A stretch of DNA of 63,906 nt, filler included, from Vannella sp. (lineage: Eukaryota), in the NCBI GenBank assembly GCA_023345925.1. It is 5 parts of 5 records of this genome, joined end to end, with 100 filler letters (N's around TTAATTAATTAA, not from the genome) between each part and the next. Parts side by side here need not be neighbours in the genome. Positions count along the whole stretch, not along the records: positions 1 to 22,620 come from JAJQQN010000335.1; positions 22,721 to 35,652 come from JAJQQN010000948.1; 3 more parts are not named here. One strand, given 5' to 3'. Shown piece after piece: positions 12,422 through 24,280 of this stretch. Position 1 is the first letter of the stretch, and each line of letters opens with the position of its first letter. The notes under the pieces are model-generated. The model worked only from the letters and a program-made list of their open reading frames with translations, ran no database searches and was not told the DNA's origin. The position numbers and the translations under genes are program-made.

Positions 12422-12467
12422 ATGAACCTCCTGCGTCCGATCCCTTTGGGGAGCGCATGAGATGATA
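12422..12467 (+). promoter_or_regulatory. Candidate type II SECIS element in the 3' UTR of the SELENOH-like gene
   Basis: AUGAA...UGAU core quartet; helix CUC/GAG plus UGCGU/GCGCA; CCGA bulge; apical mini-stem UCCC-UUUG-GGGA. Starts about 43 nt after the stop. Confidence 0.7.
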
Positions 12468-12573
12468 CCAAAGCTGTTTTCACCCCTCACTCACGCGTTC
12501 AGAGTACTAAAAGCGAAGCTTCCCTCCCACCAGACCTTTGCGGAGCCATTTCCTGGCGCTTCTCCTTCCCAAC

Positions 12574-13491
12574 ATGTCTGGTTTACCGCACTCGCTGTCT
12601 GATACTCCCAGATGGACGATTCCTCACACAAGCTTGGTCATAACAGGCCACTCAAGAGCGGGAGAGAGGACTGGCTTCTGTTTGCCTTCCCAAGGGATCT
12701 TCTTCGACGCGGGCGTGGCTTCCTCGTGCATTCCCCGCGTGTTCTTTGTGACCCACTCTCACTTAGACCACTCTTCTGCTCTCCCTCGTATCGTAGTGGA
12801 CGTGAAGAAGCCTTCTATCGCGTACGTCCCTCAAGAAGCGGCGCATCTTCTCCGTCACCATCTAGAGAGCTCCATGCAGCTGAATCTCTGCTCTTCTGAG
12901 GCTCAAGTAAGTCTATGTGACGTCAGTGGCGTTGTAGCGGGCCAAGAGATCGCTTTGCGAGCGCCAGGGCTGGATTGGAAGGTCCGTGTGGTAGAGTGCG
13001 TCCACCGCGTTCCCAGCGTCGGCTACTGCGTGAGCGAGAGGAGATCAAAGCTTCTTCCCAAGTACCAGGGCCTAAGTGGCTCCGAAATAGGAGCTCTACG
13101 AAGGTCTGGAGTGGAAATCAGTGAAAGCGTGTGGTTCAAGAGCTTCGCCTTCATGGGAGACACAACCACTTCCCTCTTTGAGAAGCACCCCGAAGTCTTT
13201 GAGTACTCAACTCTCTTTGTGGAGTGCACCCTGTTCGGGGAAGGGCTCGAGGGCAAAGCACAGAAAACTACGCATGTCCATTGGTCTCTCCTGAAGCCGT
13301 TCGTCCTCTCTCACCCGCACTGCCACTTCATGCTCATCCACTTCTCCCTGCGATGGAGTGAACCTCAGCTCCGCGAGTTCTTCGCAGCCGAAAGCAGAGA
13401 AAGCAACATTCCCAATCTGTCCCTTTGGCTGGACAGCGGCGTCTTCCATTGTCCCTCTCACACCGAGACGCCTTCTCTGAACACAGCATGA
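12574..13491 (+). CDS. Short-form (TM-type-like) tRNase Z, metallo-beta-lactamase fold, intronless
   Basis: GHSRAG, FFDAG, THSHLDH, HRVPSVGY, flexible arm KLLPKYQGLSGSEIGALRRSG, FMGDT, VECT, HVH, LIHFS. Confidence 0.85.
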   Translation: MSGLPHSLSDTPRWTIPHTSLVITGHSRAGERTGFCLPSQGIFFDAGVASSCIPRVFFVTHSHLDHSSALPRIVVDVKKPSIAYVPQEAAHLLRHHLESSMQLNLCSSEAQVSLCDVSGVVAGQEIALRAPGLDWKVRVVECVHRVPSVGYCVSERRSKLLPKYQGLSGSEIGALRRSGVEISESVWFKSFAFMGDTTTSLFEKHPEVFEYSTLFVECTLFGEGLEGKAQKTTHVHWSLLKPFVLSHPHCHFMLIHFSLRWSEPQLREFFAAESRESNIPNLSLWLDSGVFHCPSHTETPSLNTA

Positions 13492-13545
13492 AGAGACTGG
13501 TTGGCCCTGCGGAGGGCGGGAAGCGGTCATTTGATTGGCGGCGCG

Positions 13546-16500
13546 ATGGGGAAGGCGACTCCCAAGGAGGCTCTTAAACTCGCTAAAGGTTGTTTGGATG
13601 GACAGGTTGGTGGTTGTGGTGGTGTAGTCGGGGTGGAAGACTGATTGTGCGCTTTGTAGGACTGGCAGGGAGCTAGTAAGGCTTGTACTGTCGCGTTGAA
13701 GCAAGACGCAACGTTGTACTTGGGCTGGGTGATGATGGGGTTGAGTATGGGGCACCTGGGTGATGTTTCAAAGTCTGTACAGGCCTATCAGAAGGCTACA
13801 GCACTTGAACCTGGACAGGCTCCGGCTTGGCAAGGGCTTTCCAAGGTCCTCAACGACTTACCCCAGCGAACTGCAGAGCAGACTCAACTGCTGGTGGATT
13901 CTTTGTCCGCACTGACACAAGGTATTCTTCCTAAGGATCACAAGGGCTTCCCAGAGGCTCTGGATCAACTGGGACAAGCTTATGCCAAGCAGAAGAAGTT
14001 CTTACTCGCTGCTGAGGCCTGGATAAGCTTAGGGCAGATCCCTTCCATTCAAAGTAGTAACGACGAGCTCGCTGAAGTCTTCAGAAAGGTGGCTGCTGCC
14101 CTCACTCAGCAAGAGAAGCAAGAAACAAGCGACCCCAAAGCGCTTCACGACCTTTACCTGCGCCTGATCCCCCTCGGCTCATCCGATGAGATGAGAGAGA
14201 GCTTTGCTGCAGAGTTCTTCGAGAGAGTACGCCAAGAGAACAAAGGGGACAACGCGCGGGAGTCTGTGCGAGTGGCAGAGGAGCTCATTGGGATTGTTCC
14301 GTATCTTTGGGATCCGCTCGAGTTCCTTCGTATCATCGCTCAGGATGATATCTGCCAGTTGAGCGAGCTCTCTATGACTCACACAAATGAGTTCCTGCTT
14401 GCGAGGCAGCAAAGTCACTTTCCCAGGAAGCCTCTGACCTACATTTGTGAAGCTCTGGCTCTTCTGGAGCAGCCTGGGCAAGCTCAACAGGCCATGAACA
14501 CTTTAAGAGGTCATCTGCCTTCTTTCTCCTACGGATTGGGGCACTTGGCATTGGCTAAGCTGTATTTGAGAGCGAAGTCAGCAATGGTGTTTGGAGCTGT
14601 GAAGGAGGGAATGGCTTACGCCAAGCGTTTGAGCGACTCTCATCCAAGTTGTCGGTTTAGTGTGTAAGTTAAAAGCTTCTTTTGGTTAGCAAACACTCAG
14701 ATTGAGCGACAGGCTTCAAGGACAGTTGCTTTTGGTCATGGCGCAAGGATACGAGCAAGCCGGGAAGCCAAAAGAGGCATTGACGATATATTACCGCGCT
14801 CAACAAGTGTGTGGGACACCAGAAATCCAAGCCTCCGTTCGCCAAAGGACGGCTTTCCTCGAGTTCGAAGCCAAAAACTTTTCCAAAGCCGAGGAGCTTC
14901 TCCTCTCCTTGGCGGAGGCTGAAGGTGATCATCGCGCCCAGGCATTTTTGTAAGACCTCTTGATTGTTTTCTCCTTTTCACAGACTCACCAGAGGAAAAG
15001 AGGGCGGGTATACAGTCTCCAAGGGCAACAAGAGAAGGCAGTTCAGCGGTTAACTTCAGCAATCTCTAAGAATGACAGCGTGGCGCTGTATCATTATTGG
15101 TTGGCAGAAAGCAACTGGTCTATTGGAGGCAATACCAGGAAGGATAAGTCTCTCGTGCTGAATGTTCTTCTTCGCTCGGCCAAACTGGATCCGAATCAGG
15201 CCTTTGTTTTCTTCTCCTTGGGCAGGTTTTATCACCAAGAGGGGGGCGATGTTGAAAGAGCCACTCGATGCTATCAGAAGGCTTTGTTGTTAGACCCTTA
15301 CCACCGAGAAGCAGGACAAATTCTTTCTGAACTTTATATGAGCAATGGCAAACCAGAGGAGGCCATCAAGATCTATCTAGCCGCTGTCAAGGATAATGCA
15401 GACGCGGATTGGGCTTGGAAGAAACTTGGACAGCACTATCTGGCAACCTCTCGTTGGGAGGAGGCACTTGGTTGTTTTCAAGCCGCTCTCCGGGGTGACA
15501 AAGAGGACTATGAGAGCCTTGAAGGACTTGGGACTGCTTACAAGCACCAGGGGATGTTTGTAGCAGCGATGCGTGTTTTTGATCGCCTCCGCGAGCAATA
15601 CCCTGAGTCTCTCCAGGTTCTTTACAGCGTGGCTCACATCAACATGTCGCTTGGACTCTACCAAGAGGCAATCGGGTTTTATCAAGAGCTCCTCGGGAAA
15701 GTTGAAGGGCACGATGTGGCACTCAACCAAGTGACTCAATGCTATTTCCTTATGGCTATTGAACAATTCCGTGAGGGACTCTATCCCCGATGTGGCGCTT
15801 CCTTGCGAGAAGCAGCCATCGGAATTCTCCGCTGCTGTGAGGAGTCCGTTTCCTCACTCAAGCTCAAAGGGGACATCTTTGCAGTTGCGTTTGTTCTGGC
15901 GGAAGACTATTTGGAACCCTTTAGCGACGAAACAGCCGGTCTCAGCTCCAGAATCTTGTTGAAGAAGGAGTACATTTCTCAAGCTTGTAAGGCCTACTCG
16001 CAAGCAGCTGAGAAAGACCCCACAAATAGCTATCTTCATTATGATGTGGGTGTCAGCTATTGGCAACGCGCTCAGCAGGCACGCTGTCACTCTGAACAAG
16101 AAGAAGCCCTGAAATTTGCGCAAAGCTCATTCAAACGGTCCATCATCTGCAAGCCAAAGGAGGCTAAGTTCTGGAATGCCCTCGCCGCAGTGCATACCGA
16201 CCCGGCAGTGCAACAGCATCTTCTCTGTCGCGCATTAGAGATTGCACCGTCTGATGCTGACACATGGTGCAATCTTATGGCCTTTTATGTTCGCCATGGA
16301 GACTACCAACTAGCCCAAAAATGCCACCAAAAGGTGATTATCAATGACGCAGACCACCCGCGAGTCTGGACTGTTTATGCTCTGATGAAGGAACTAGAGT
16401 GGCGCGCAGCACCGGAAGGAACGCTCAAAGATCGCAAAGAAGTGGCTTTGGACGACTTTTACCGCTTTGCATTGGAGTACAATCCCAAAGATCTCTTCGT

Positions 16501-18498
16501 CAAGCAGAGTATTCCCTTCTTCTCTTCCAATAGGGATGCTTCGCTCTTTGTTCTGAACAAGTCTGTGGAACAGGATCCCAGTGATGCCACTGCATGGAAT
16601 CTTCTAGGATTGGAGCAGGAGCGGGCTGGACATATCACACTTGCTCATGTGTCCTGTTTGAGAGCCACAGAGATTCTGAAGGGAGAGGTACATGAGGGAG
16701 CTGCAGAGTCTTTGTGTCTCCAAAACCTCCAATTGGAGTACATTCCCCTTCTTGATTCTGCGTTGAGTCCAGGAGCTTGGAAGCAAAGAAATTTGCTTTT
16801 GGCTCGACTTAATCTCGCTCGTGTCCTTTGCAAGATGAGATTGTATTCTTCTGCCGTTTCTGTGTACGAGGAAGTTATCCCTCACTTAGATGGTGGACTT
16901 GGGAAGCAGATTCCTTTCTACGCTTTGGCTCTATACCGAGTCTCGCGTATTGCAGAATCGTACCAAATTCTCTCTCAATTCACTGATCCAATCTGCACCG
17001 AAATGCTTTGCCGCTTCCGCCTGGACAATGAAGAAACTGCGGCGGCCTATGAGTCCAGCTTGGCACAGTATGTACTTCATTTCAGGAGAATTCACAAACT
17101 AATCATGCTAATCCTCGTAGTGCAAAAGAAAGTAAGCTCCAAAGTGCGTGGCGGTTGCTTAGCGCGATTGCTATTCAAACGAAGAGTCCCAATGCCTTTG
17201 AACACCTCCGCCACCTGCAAACTCATCCCAATTCGGGCGTGCGTGAAAGCCTGCTAGAAGTAGCGTACTTGATTAGAAATGGGGATTTGAATAATGCCAA
17301 ACGAGCCTTCACTCAGGCTCTTCATATGGAGCCGTTCAACTCGCTTATCAGGTCTCAATTTGTCAACTTTCTGGCAGACTACTTTCCCTCCGAAAGCAAA
17401 GCTCTTTGGCAGGCGGTCAGAAACTATGTTCCGTCAAACCTTGGCGGAGATTATTCTAGTGTTAGCACCGAATGGACAACCATTTGCAAGGCTCTCTTGT
17501 CCATGGGCAAAGAAAGAAACGTTACCGCCCTTCAAGTCCTTTTTAAAGCGAAGGATGCAATTCAGAATGCTATTCGGGTGAACCCTTTTAGTGCCCTCGC
17601 TCGTTACCAAGGCGGATTTGTTGCTTATGCACTCGTAGTCCTCAATTTCTCTCCAGAACAGGCTGATTCCTCAGTGAGGTGGCTTCGAAATAGCATCCAA
17701 TTCCTCTCTCAGACTGCTCCTAGTGCAGAGGTAACGCAAGAAGATCTTTCTCTCTTCCTGAGACGAGCTCGGCTCATGTTAGCTTCTTGTCTTCTCTTTA
17801 ATAAGAACCAAGAAAGCGCTGCGAAATTGATTGAAGAGGTCCGAAGTGACTCAAACTCTTCCGAACCGTCGTGCCAGCGAGTTATTGCGAACCTTCTTCA
17901 TCAATTGAGCACAGGAAGCAATCTTTCTGAAGCTTCTTCTGGTTTGCAAGTGGATGAGGCCCACGGTGGTCTTCTTGCCACATTATTATTGCAAGAGACA
18001 GACAAGGAGGCAGCGAAGCGCTCGTACGGTTCCCTTCTTTCCTCAAAACTAGCATTTGAAGATCGCTTATTAGTTCTTCTCAACGCTGCTTCATTTTGCT
18101 ATCAGGAAAGAGACCTCCCTGCTGCGCTCAAACTAATTGACGAGGCACACAAGCTCACGGGAAGGCGCTCCGATTCTGTTAGTTTGGTAAAAGGAGCAAT
18201 TCATGTTCTCATGCGTGACTGGAAGAACGCGTTGGCTATCTTACAGAGAGCTTTGGTCATCAACCCTGTCATGCCTTTAGCAAACTTTTTGCTTTTACAA
18301 GTGCATCTCCCCTTGAAGAACTTGGAGGCTACTGAAAGTGACGCCCTCTTTGAATTGGATAACAACCCAAAATGTGACTTGGCCATGTTGATTCTCGCCC
18401 ATCTCGCACGCACTGCAAAGCAACCAGAAGTCGCTGCTCTTTATGTTCAACAGGCCAAGGAGATACGAACTCGCCCAGACCCTTTCTACGCTGCCTAA
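13546..18498 (+). CDS. SKI3: SKI3/TTC37 TPR protein of the SKI complex, several short introns
   Basis: N-terminus ALKLAKG...; AWQGL; SAKLDP...LGRFY; RATRCYQKALLLDP; FQAALRGD; LGTAYKHQG; QQHLL; many TPR repeats. Confidence 0.8.
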
Positions 18499-18539
18499 CC
18501 GAGATTAAAGTTCTTTCACTCGCAATGGCAACTGTCTCT

Positions 18540-20228
18540 TTAATTCAAGGCGGATTTCTTCCTGTACTTCATCAGCAGGTTATAAACTGCAGAAGCCTGC
18601 TGTTCCCCGAGATGCCCTGCAATGTCGCCAAAGTTCATTAGGCCCCCTCGACACAGAGAGGCCAGATCCTCTGTCAGTTGCTCTCCTCTGCATTTCCAAC
18701 GATGCCACTTTTTGGTGAATGGTTAGGAAACAGTTGTTGATGGGAGGAACGGAATCATCCAATCAATCACTTACCTTGGGAGCACTGTCGAAGAGAACTT
18801 CGGTCCCAGCCATCAGCTCAATCACTCGTTGAAACAATTCCTCCTCATGACCGCCCATCAGGAAGTGTAAAGGAAACTCCTGCTTCACATTGAGACACCG
18901 GAAATCTCTTTGTTTGGGAAAGTGCTTACCTGCTCTGAATTCTAGAGAACAGGATTAGATTAGTCCCCTCCCATCACCAGTGCATACTTACAGAAAGGAA
19001 GATGTGTCCAGTTTCAGGTCTCCTAATCAGATAGGAAGTGGAGTTCGATGCTTTGGAGGAAGCGGCAAGGCAGAGTGGCGTAAACTGAAAAGAGTGAATC
19101 TCAGTCTGGGGAAGATGAAATCACTCACGCCTCGACAATTCTAAGCCAATGGTTGGTTATCAGAGCTGTCACCTTTTGGCGGCGGTTACCTGGTGAACAA
19201 GTTGGGCCTCAGACTCAAACCCGAGCATGATTTGCATTGCCTCCACCTGATTATGCAATGAAGCATAATGCAATGGAATATCCTGTCATTTAGTTAGGAT
19301 CTATGCTCAAAAGCTGGCTCTTTCGAACATTCATGTTGTCCTAAAGCTTGGTCAGAAATGTCTTTCTCCCTTCAATGATACGAGAACTCTTACTGGTTGA
19401 AGGAGCAGAGAGGAAGCTCCCTTCTGTAGAAGAAGGGATGCACTTTCGGATATCTGGGAGTCATAGTTATCGCAAAGCCAATGGAACACATTCATTTGTG
19501 AGGCATCCTGAACACACAAATGAGTGAGTTTGGCCTTTTCACTTAAGAGGAAAGGTACTCGGTGATTGAGTTGAATCTCAGAGTCGCTTTCTAGCAGCAA
19601 TTCAACAAGCTGCTGGTCGCCATATTTACACGCAAAGTGCAACGGAATTTGCTAAACTCCCATCAGAATGGTTCTTAGCCATCCCGTCCCCGTAACTTGC
19701 CCCGCTGCTATTCTATCAAAAGGCATAAACAAGATGGTTAAGGGAGAATGGCACACTGACCGCTTCCAGAACTTGCCAGGAACCGCCCCGTTCCAAAAGC
19801 TCCCGAACCACTTCCAAGGCGTTGGCTTTGCAAGCGAGATGGATAGGCAGTGACTCATGTTCCTATTAGTGTTGTGAAGGATGTCGGTGAGAACAGCTCA
19901 CTCCAGCAAGCGTCTGTGAAAAGTTAGCCAGAAAAGGTGACAACCACCTGCGGGTGATACTTACTGAATGATGAAGTTGTTCTGTGCCACAGCGCTCGAG
20001 AATGACTCTGACTACTTCAAAAGCGCCGGCAGAGCAGGCGATTCCCAAAAGAGAAGAGTCCAAGGAAGGAGTTTCGGGGGACTCTTTCGCAGCAGAGTCA
20101 AACTGGACCCCTTCCCCTCCCCCAAACACCCCCAAGTACTCTTTGTACTGTTCAAATAGTGCTAACGCTTGTTCACGAGTTGCTCCGTGAGCCTCCCTTT
20201 TGAACCGACGGGCAGCTTCCTTCTCCAT
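18540..20228 (-). CDS. Multi-exon ankyrin-repeat protein
   Basis: Ankyrin-like segments in small exons (PLHFACKYGDQQLVELLL, LLGIACSAGAFEVVRVIL) separated by short GT-AG introns. Exact exon chain not fully resolved. Confidence 0.6.
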
Positions 20229-20327
20229 TCTGCCCTCCAATAAAGAATGATCTCCAGTAACTCACTCGCTCCTTTATGCTCACCACTTCCGAGCCCTGAA
20301 GAACATTCCCAAAGGTGATTTTCGGAG

Positions 20328-20397
20328 CATTTCCCCTCTCGAGGTACATTTCCCCTTGGAAGGGCGCATTTCCCCTTGGAAGGGCGCATTTCCCCTT
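20328..20397 (+). repeat. Tandem ~20-nt repeat (CATTTCCCCTTGGAAGGGCG) in a divergent promoter
   Basis: CATTTCCCCT at 20328, 20347, 20367 and 20387. Confidence 0.85.
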
Positions 20398-20509
20398 TGT
20401 GTGTCTTCCAAAACACAAACAGTGAAGTGGAAATGTTGCCACGTGTCAGAGCACTCTCAATGCAACTTGTTCTTGTTCTTGTTCTTTGGTCATTCCCCTT
20501 CGGCTTGGC

Positions 20510-21739
20510 ATGGAAGACGACCTCGCGCAACCTCTGTTCAAGGACGGAAAGTTCTCAAATCCGATAGGGTGGTCCTTTAAAGAGAAGGTAAGTTCTTTAG
20601 GTGCAAAGGGACGCTCTTTCGTGGCTGAAGTGGGAGCAGAGCTTTGCAGATATCTTTCGTTGGCTGCGCACGGGTGCTCGAGCTCCGTTTCCCACTCTAG
20701 AGGAGATTGAAGCTTCTCTTCCAGTGCTGAAGCCAAACATGGAATCGCTCCAGAACTTCCATGCGGATGAAGACCTCAAGCACGGCGTCCAGACCACTTG
20801 GATCGGCCATTCCACCTTTCTTGTTCAAATGGAAGGCTGTAACATCCTCACCGACCCCGTCTTCTACGATCGATGCTCTCCTATTCCTTTCCTAGGCCCG
20901 AAGCGGTACCGTCCTCCTGCTTTGACTCTGGAAGAGCTTCCTCGAATCGATGCAGTTGTTGGTGAGACCCTTGGACCTTCCTACCGCCTTTAACTGACAT
21001 CGTATAGTCAGCCATGATCACTACGACCATTTAGACGTTGGAGCGATCAACTACTTGGCACAGAATTCTCCAGAAACAGGTGAAGAATGCCCCCTCGCTT
21101 TCTCTGCCCTTTGGTAACAGGAGCAGACTATTATGTCTGTCGTGGTATGAGAGATTGGTTCCAGGGATGTGGAATAGCGCCTGGAAAGATCCACGACCTC
21201 ACATGGTGGGAGGAACACGAGCATTCTCCTCAACTTCGGATGGTTTGCACTCCGTGCCAACACTGGACCAAGCGTACTCTGACCAACACATTTCAATCAC
21301 TTTGGGGCTCATGGTCTCTGGTAGGCGAGAACAATCGGGTCTACTTTGCGGGTGACACTGGGTATTGTCCCGGTTTTGCTCAGATTGGGAACCGCTTTGG
21401 TCCTTTCGACTTGGCTCTGATACCCATCGGAGCTTATTGTCCCCGCTGGTTCATGAGGTGTGCTCACATTAACCCCAAAGAAGCAGTTATGATTCATCGT
21501 GACTTGGCTTGCAAAGTGTCCGTGGGAATGCATTGGGGAACTTTTGTATTGTAAGAGGCCTTCCTCTTCTTCACTGATGACTCATTCGAAGCGAAAGGAC
21601 GGACGAGCATGTGTTGGAGCCTCCTCAGAAACTGGCAGAGGCGAGGGACAAATTCAACGTGCCAGCTTCTGAGTTTGTGACTGTCAAGCACGGTGAAGTC
21701 AATGTTTGGTCCGATGGAAAGGACATTCGCAAGGAATGA
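20510..21739 (+). CDS. NAPEPLD: NAPE-PLD-like metallo-beta-lactamase phospholipase D, spliced
   Basis: GKFSNP, TWIGHSTFL, ILTDPVF, SHDHYDHLD, PCQHW, YFAGDTGY, IPIGAY, MHWGTFVLTDE. Confidence 0.9.
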
Positions 21740-21825
21740 TTCATCTCGGCGAGGGCCAATCTCACTGAAAGGCCGCTTTTGAGTAAAGGCAAAGAGAAAC
21801 GGACAACTCAGTTTGTTTATAACAC

Positions 21826-22593
21826 TTAATAGTCCCCTTCGTAAGGACGAGAAGACACCAAAGGCGTTGAGGAAGCTTCCAGGAAGCGGGCGAGAAGCTC
21901 TTCTACTCGACCCATTGTTGAATTGAGCTGGTCCAGCTTGGCATCTGTACTGGCGGAAGAGAGATTGTTGCTGGTGTTAGAGGGCATGAGCGCATGATTC
22001 CCGAGTTCTAGGACAGAACGGGAGTCGGACAAGTAAGATTGAACGTCATCACGAGAGAGACTTTGTCCGTTGCGTTTGGTAGCAGCTGCGCGCAAGAGCA
22101 CCTTTTTGAACTCTTTACCGTTTGTGAGGCCGGTGAAAGAGACATCAGATGGGCGACCAGCACCAGCACCTTGTCCGGCATTCTCGATGTTGACCGTGTC
22201 CAGGTCGAACCAGCGAGCGAACCATCCTTGAACAAGAACAACGTCTGTTACCAGAGAAAGTAACACGTGCTTCTCAGAGCGGTTCAAGCCAAAGCAGGGG
22301 AAACAAGCGGGAGGCTGAGCAATGTAAATGACCGAGTCCGAGGTGAGGAAGAGTTTGCGGGTGCTGATGTCTTGGAAAGAGATGTACGCCACGACAGGCG
22401 CCCACAGAAGACCAATGAGCCCCAGCCCGTAGCAGAGGATGAAAGGAACGCAAACCAAACAGTAGGCGGCGAGGGCGTACCACATGTACGATTTGTAGTT
22501 GCCCTCAAAGGAAGCCACGTAGATGATGTCGTGCCCGTACTCCTCCTCTTCTTCAGGAGTCAGTGTGAGAGAGGAATAGGCTGTTTTTGACAT
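21826..22593 (-). CDS. Membrane protein with two TM helices and a probable bPH_2/DUF304-like domain
   Basis: Intronless 255-aa ORF; hydrophobic segment followed by EKHVLLSLVTDVVLVQG...NIENAG. Confidence 0.55.
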   Translation of the reverse strand: MSKTAYSSLTLTPEEEEEYGHDIIYVASFEGNYKSYMWYALAAYCLVCVPFILCYGLGLIGLLWAPVVAYISFQDISTRKLFLTSDSVIYIAQPPACFPCFGLNRSEKHVLLSLVTDVVLVQGWFARWFDLDTVNIENAGQGAGAGRPSDVSFTGLTNGKEFKKVLLRAAATKRNGQSLSRDDVQSYLSDSRSVLELGNHALMPSNTSNNLSSASTDAKLDQLNSTMGRVEELLARFLEASSTPLVSSRPYEGDY

Positions 22594-22620
22594 GTCAGAG
22601 CAGCAAGGGGTTGAAGGAAT

Positions 22621-22720
22621 NNNNNNNNNNNNNNNNNNNNNNNNNNNNNNNNNNNNNNNNNNNNTTAATTAATTAANNNNNNNNNNNNNNNNNNNNNNNN
22701 NNNNNNNNNNNNNNNNNNNN
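22621..22720. other. Artificial contig linker
   Basis: N44-TTAATTAATTAA-N44, with stops in all six frames. Confidence 0.97.
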
Positions 22721-23414
22721 GCTTCTTGCCATGACGAAGGGGCCTCCTGTGGTCTCACGCTTCATCCTTGTTGTATCATTGAGACACAGACAGAGACAGA
22801 GCACACTCAAGCCTCCATTGAACGTGTTCCTCTTTCCTCAGATGCGAACCAACCAAGCAAGATCATGTCCTCTCTTGCATCCGCTGATGAAGGAGCTGAT
22901 GCCACCTGCTGACGGTTGAGAGAGTGTCTGCTACTAAACAGATTACTCTTGTTGTCTCTCCATCGATTGGATCTCTTTGGCTCCCAGGAAGGCAGATGTG
23001 GGTTGGTGAAGGCCACTTGGACATCGGCGGACTCAAGCAGATACCTCTGTTGTTGAAGGCAGTGTCCATGAAGAAACTCGCATTCAATCTGGCTTTGGCA
23101 GCTCACTGAAGGACGTGAGGCTCACAACTACGAGCAGTTTCGTGGTGTTGGAGCTCGTTTTGGTCGAAAAGCGGGTTGTTTGAACAGTCTTTCTCACACA
23201 CTTGTAGCCACATTGAGGACCTTCCCCATCACGCATCCTCTCGGTCAGGCTGGAGGATGAAATGCTGTCTTTTGATTGGTGCAACCGAACTCCGAGCGAT
23301 TCCCTGAATCTCCACAAAGGTTGGTGTTTTGGTTGATTTTCACAGAAAGATCGAAGATCGAAACTAGTATCGGTTCCGCTTCCGAAGATTTCATTTCATC
23401 ACAGCAAGAGGAGG

Positions 23415-23804
23415 ATGTGGAGTCCACTGATTTCGGTGTTGGTGAGGAATCCGTATGATGAGGGGGAGATGCTGAGGCACATGCGCGACATTCCTATTCA
23501 GACGACGTACGGAAGCTCTCCCCTTCATTTCGCTGCCCTTCGACGAGACCCCCGTTTCACCCAGTTCCTGTTGGCAAACGGCGTTCAAGTCAACCAAACA
23601 AACTTATATGGCGAAAGTGCGCTTCATTGGGCTGTCAAAGCCAACAGAGAGCAAACCATCTCCACTCTTTTGGATGCAGGCGGCCAACCCGACTTGGCTG
23701 ATTCATCAGGAGCTACCCCCATTGACTGGGCGTTTGAGGAAGAACACTTTCACCTCCTTCCCCTTCTGCGGGGAAGCAAACGAACCGTTCCATCCAGTTA
23801 CTGA
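23415..23804 (+). CDS. Small intronless ankyrin-repeat protein (paralog A)
   Basis: GSSPLHFAA, GESALHWAVK, GATPIDWA. Confidence 0.85.
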   Translation: MWSPLISVLVRNPYDEGEMLRHMRDIPIQTTYGSSPLHFAALRRDPRFTQFLLANGVQVNQTNLYGESALHWAVKANREQTISTLLDAGGQPDLADSSGATPIDWAFEEEHFHLLPLLRGSKRTVPSSY

Positions 23805-24004
23805 TTTTCTTCCTTGTTTGGTCATTTTGTTATGAAGAAGTCTTCGTGAGGACAACAAGACTAATCCAATGGATGACTCTCAGGTTCTAAACACCATCTT
23901 GGTTAACCTGCTGACCCAAACCTCATGAGAACATAAAGCTTGCATGACGACAGCTGACACTATCAAGAGTTTAGAAGTAACATTAATACTGGTAGCTCGT
24001 CACA

Positions 24005-24085
24005 CTGCTCTTTGAGGCTACAAAGGGAGGGAGGGAACCAACAAGCAGCTAATCAGCCTGCTCCTTGAGGCTACAAAGGGAGGGA
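24005..24085 (+). repeat. Two-copy 28-nt direct repeat
   Basis: CTGCTCYTTGAGGCTACAAAGGGAGGGA at 24005-24032 and 24058-24085 (1 mismatch). Confidence 0.85.
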
Positions 24086-24280
24086 AGTCGAAGTCCACCC
24101 AGTCTTCGCATGAGGCTCTGCCAATTATCAATCTATACACCTTCAAATAGAAAAGTGGCCCCGTAAGCCTCCACAACCTCACAAAACAAGAGCACTGGTT
24201 TATGAAGGGATGGTTTCTCGGAACTCCTCCTTCAAGAGGAGCCGCGTAGAGATGAACCAGTTACGTTGAGATGCGATCTT

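Noticed and set aside
22665..22676. TTAATTAATTAA motif recurring four times
   Set aside because: Always centred in identical N44 pads; a concatenation linker, not biology.
24005..24085. Mini CRISPR array
   Set aside because: Only two repeats, eukaryotic context, no cas genes.
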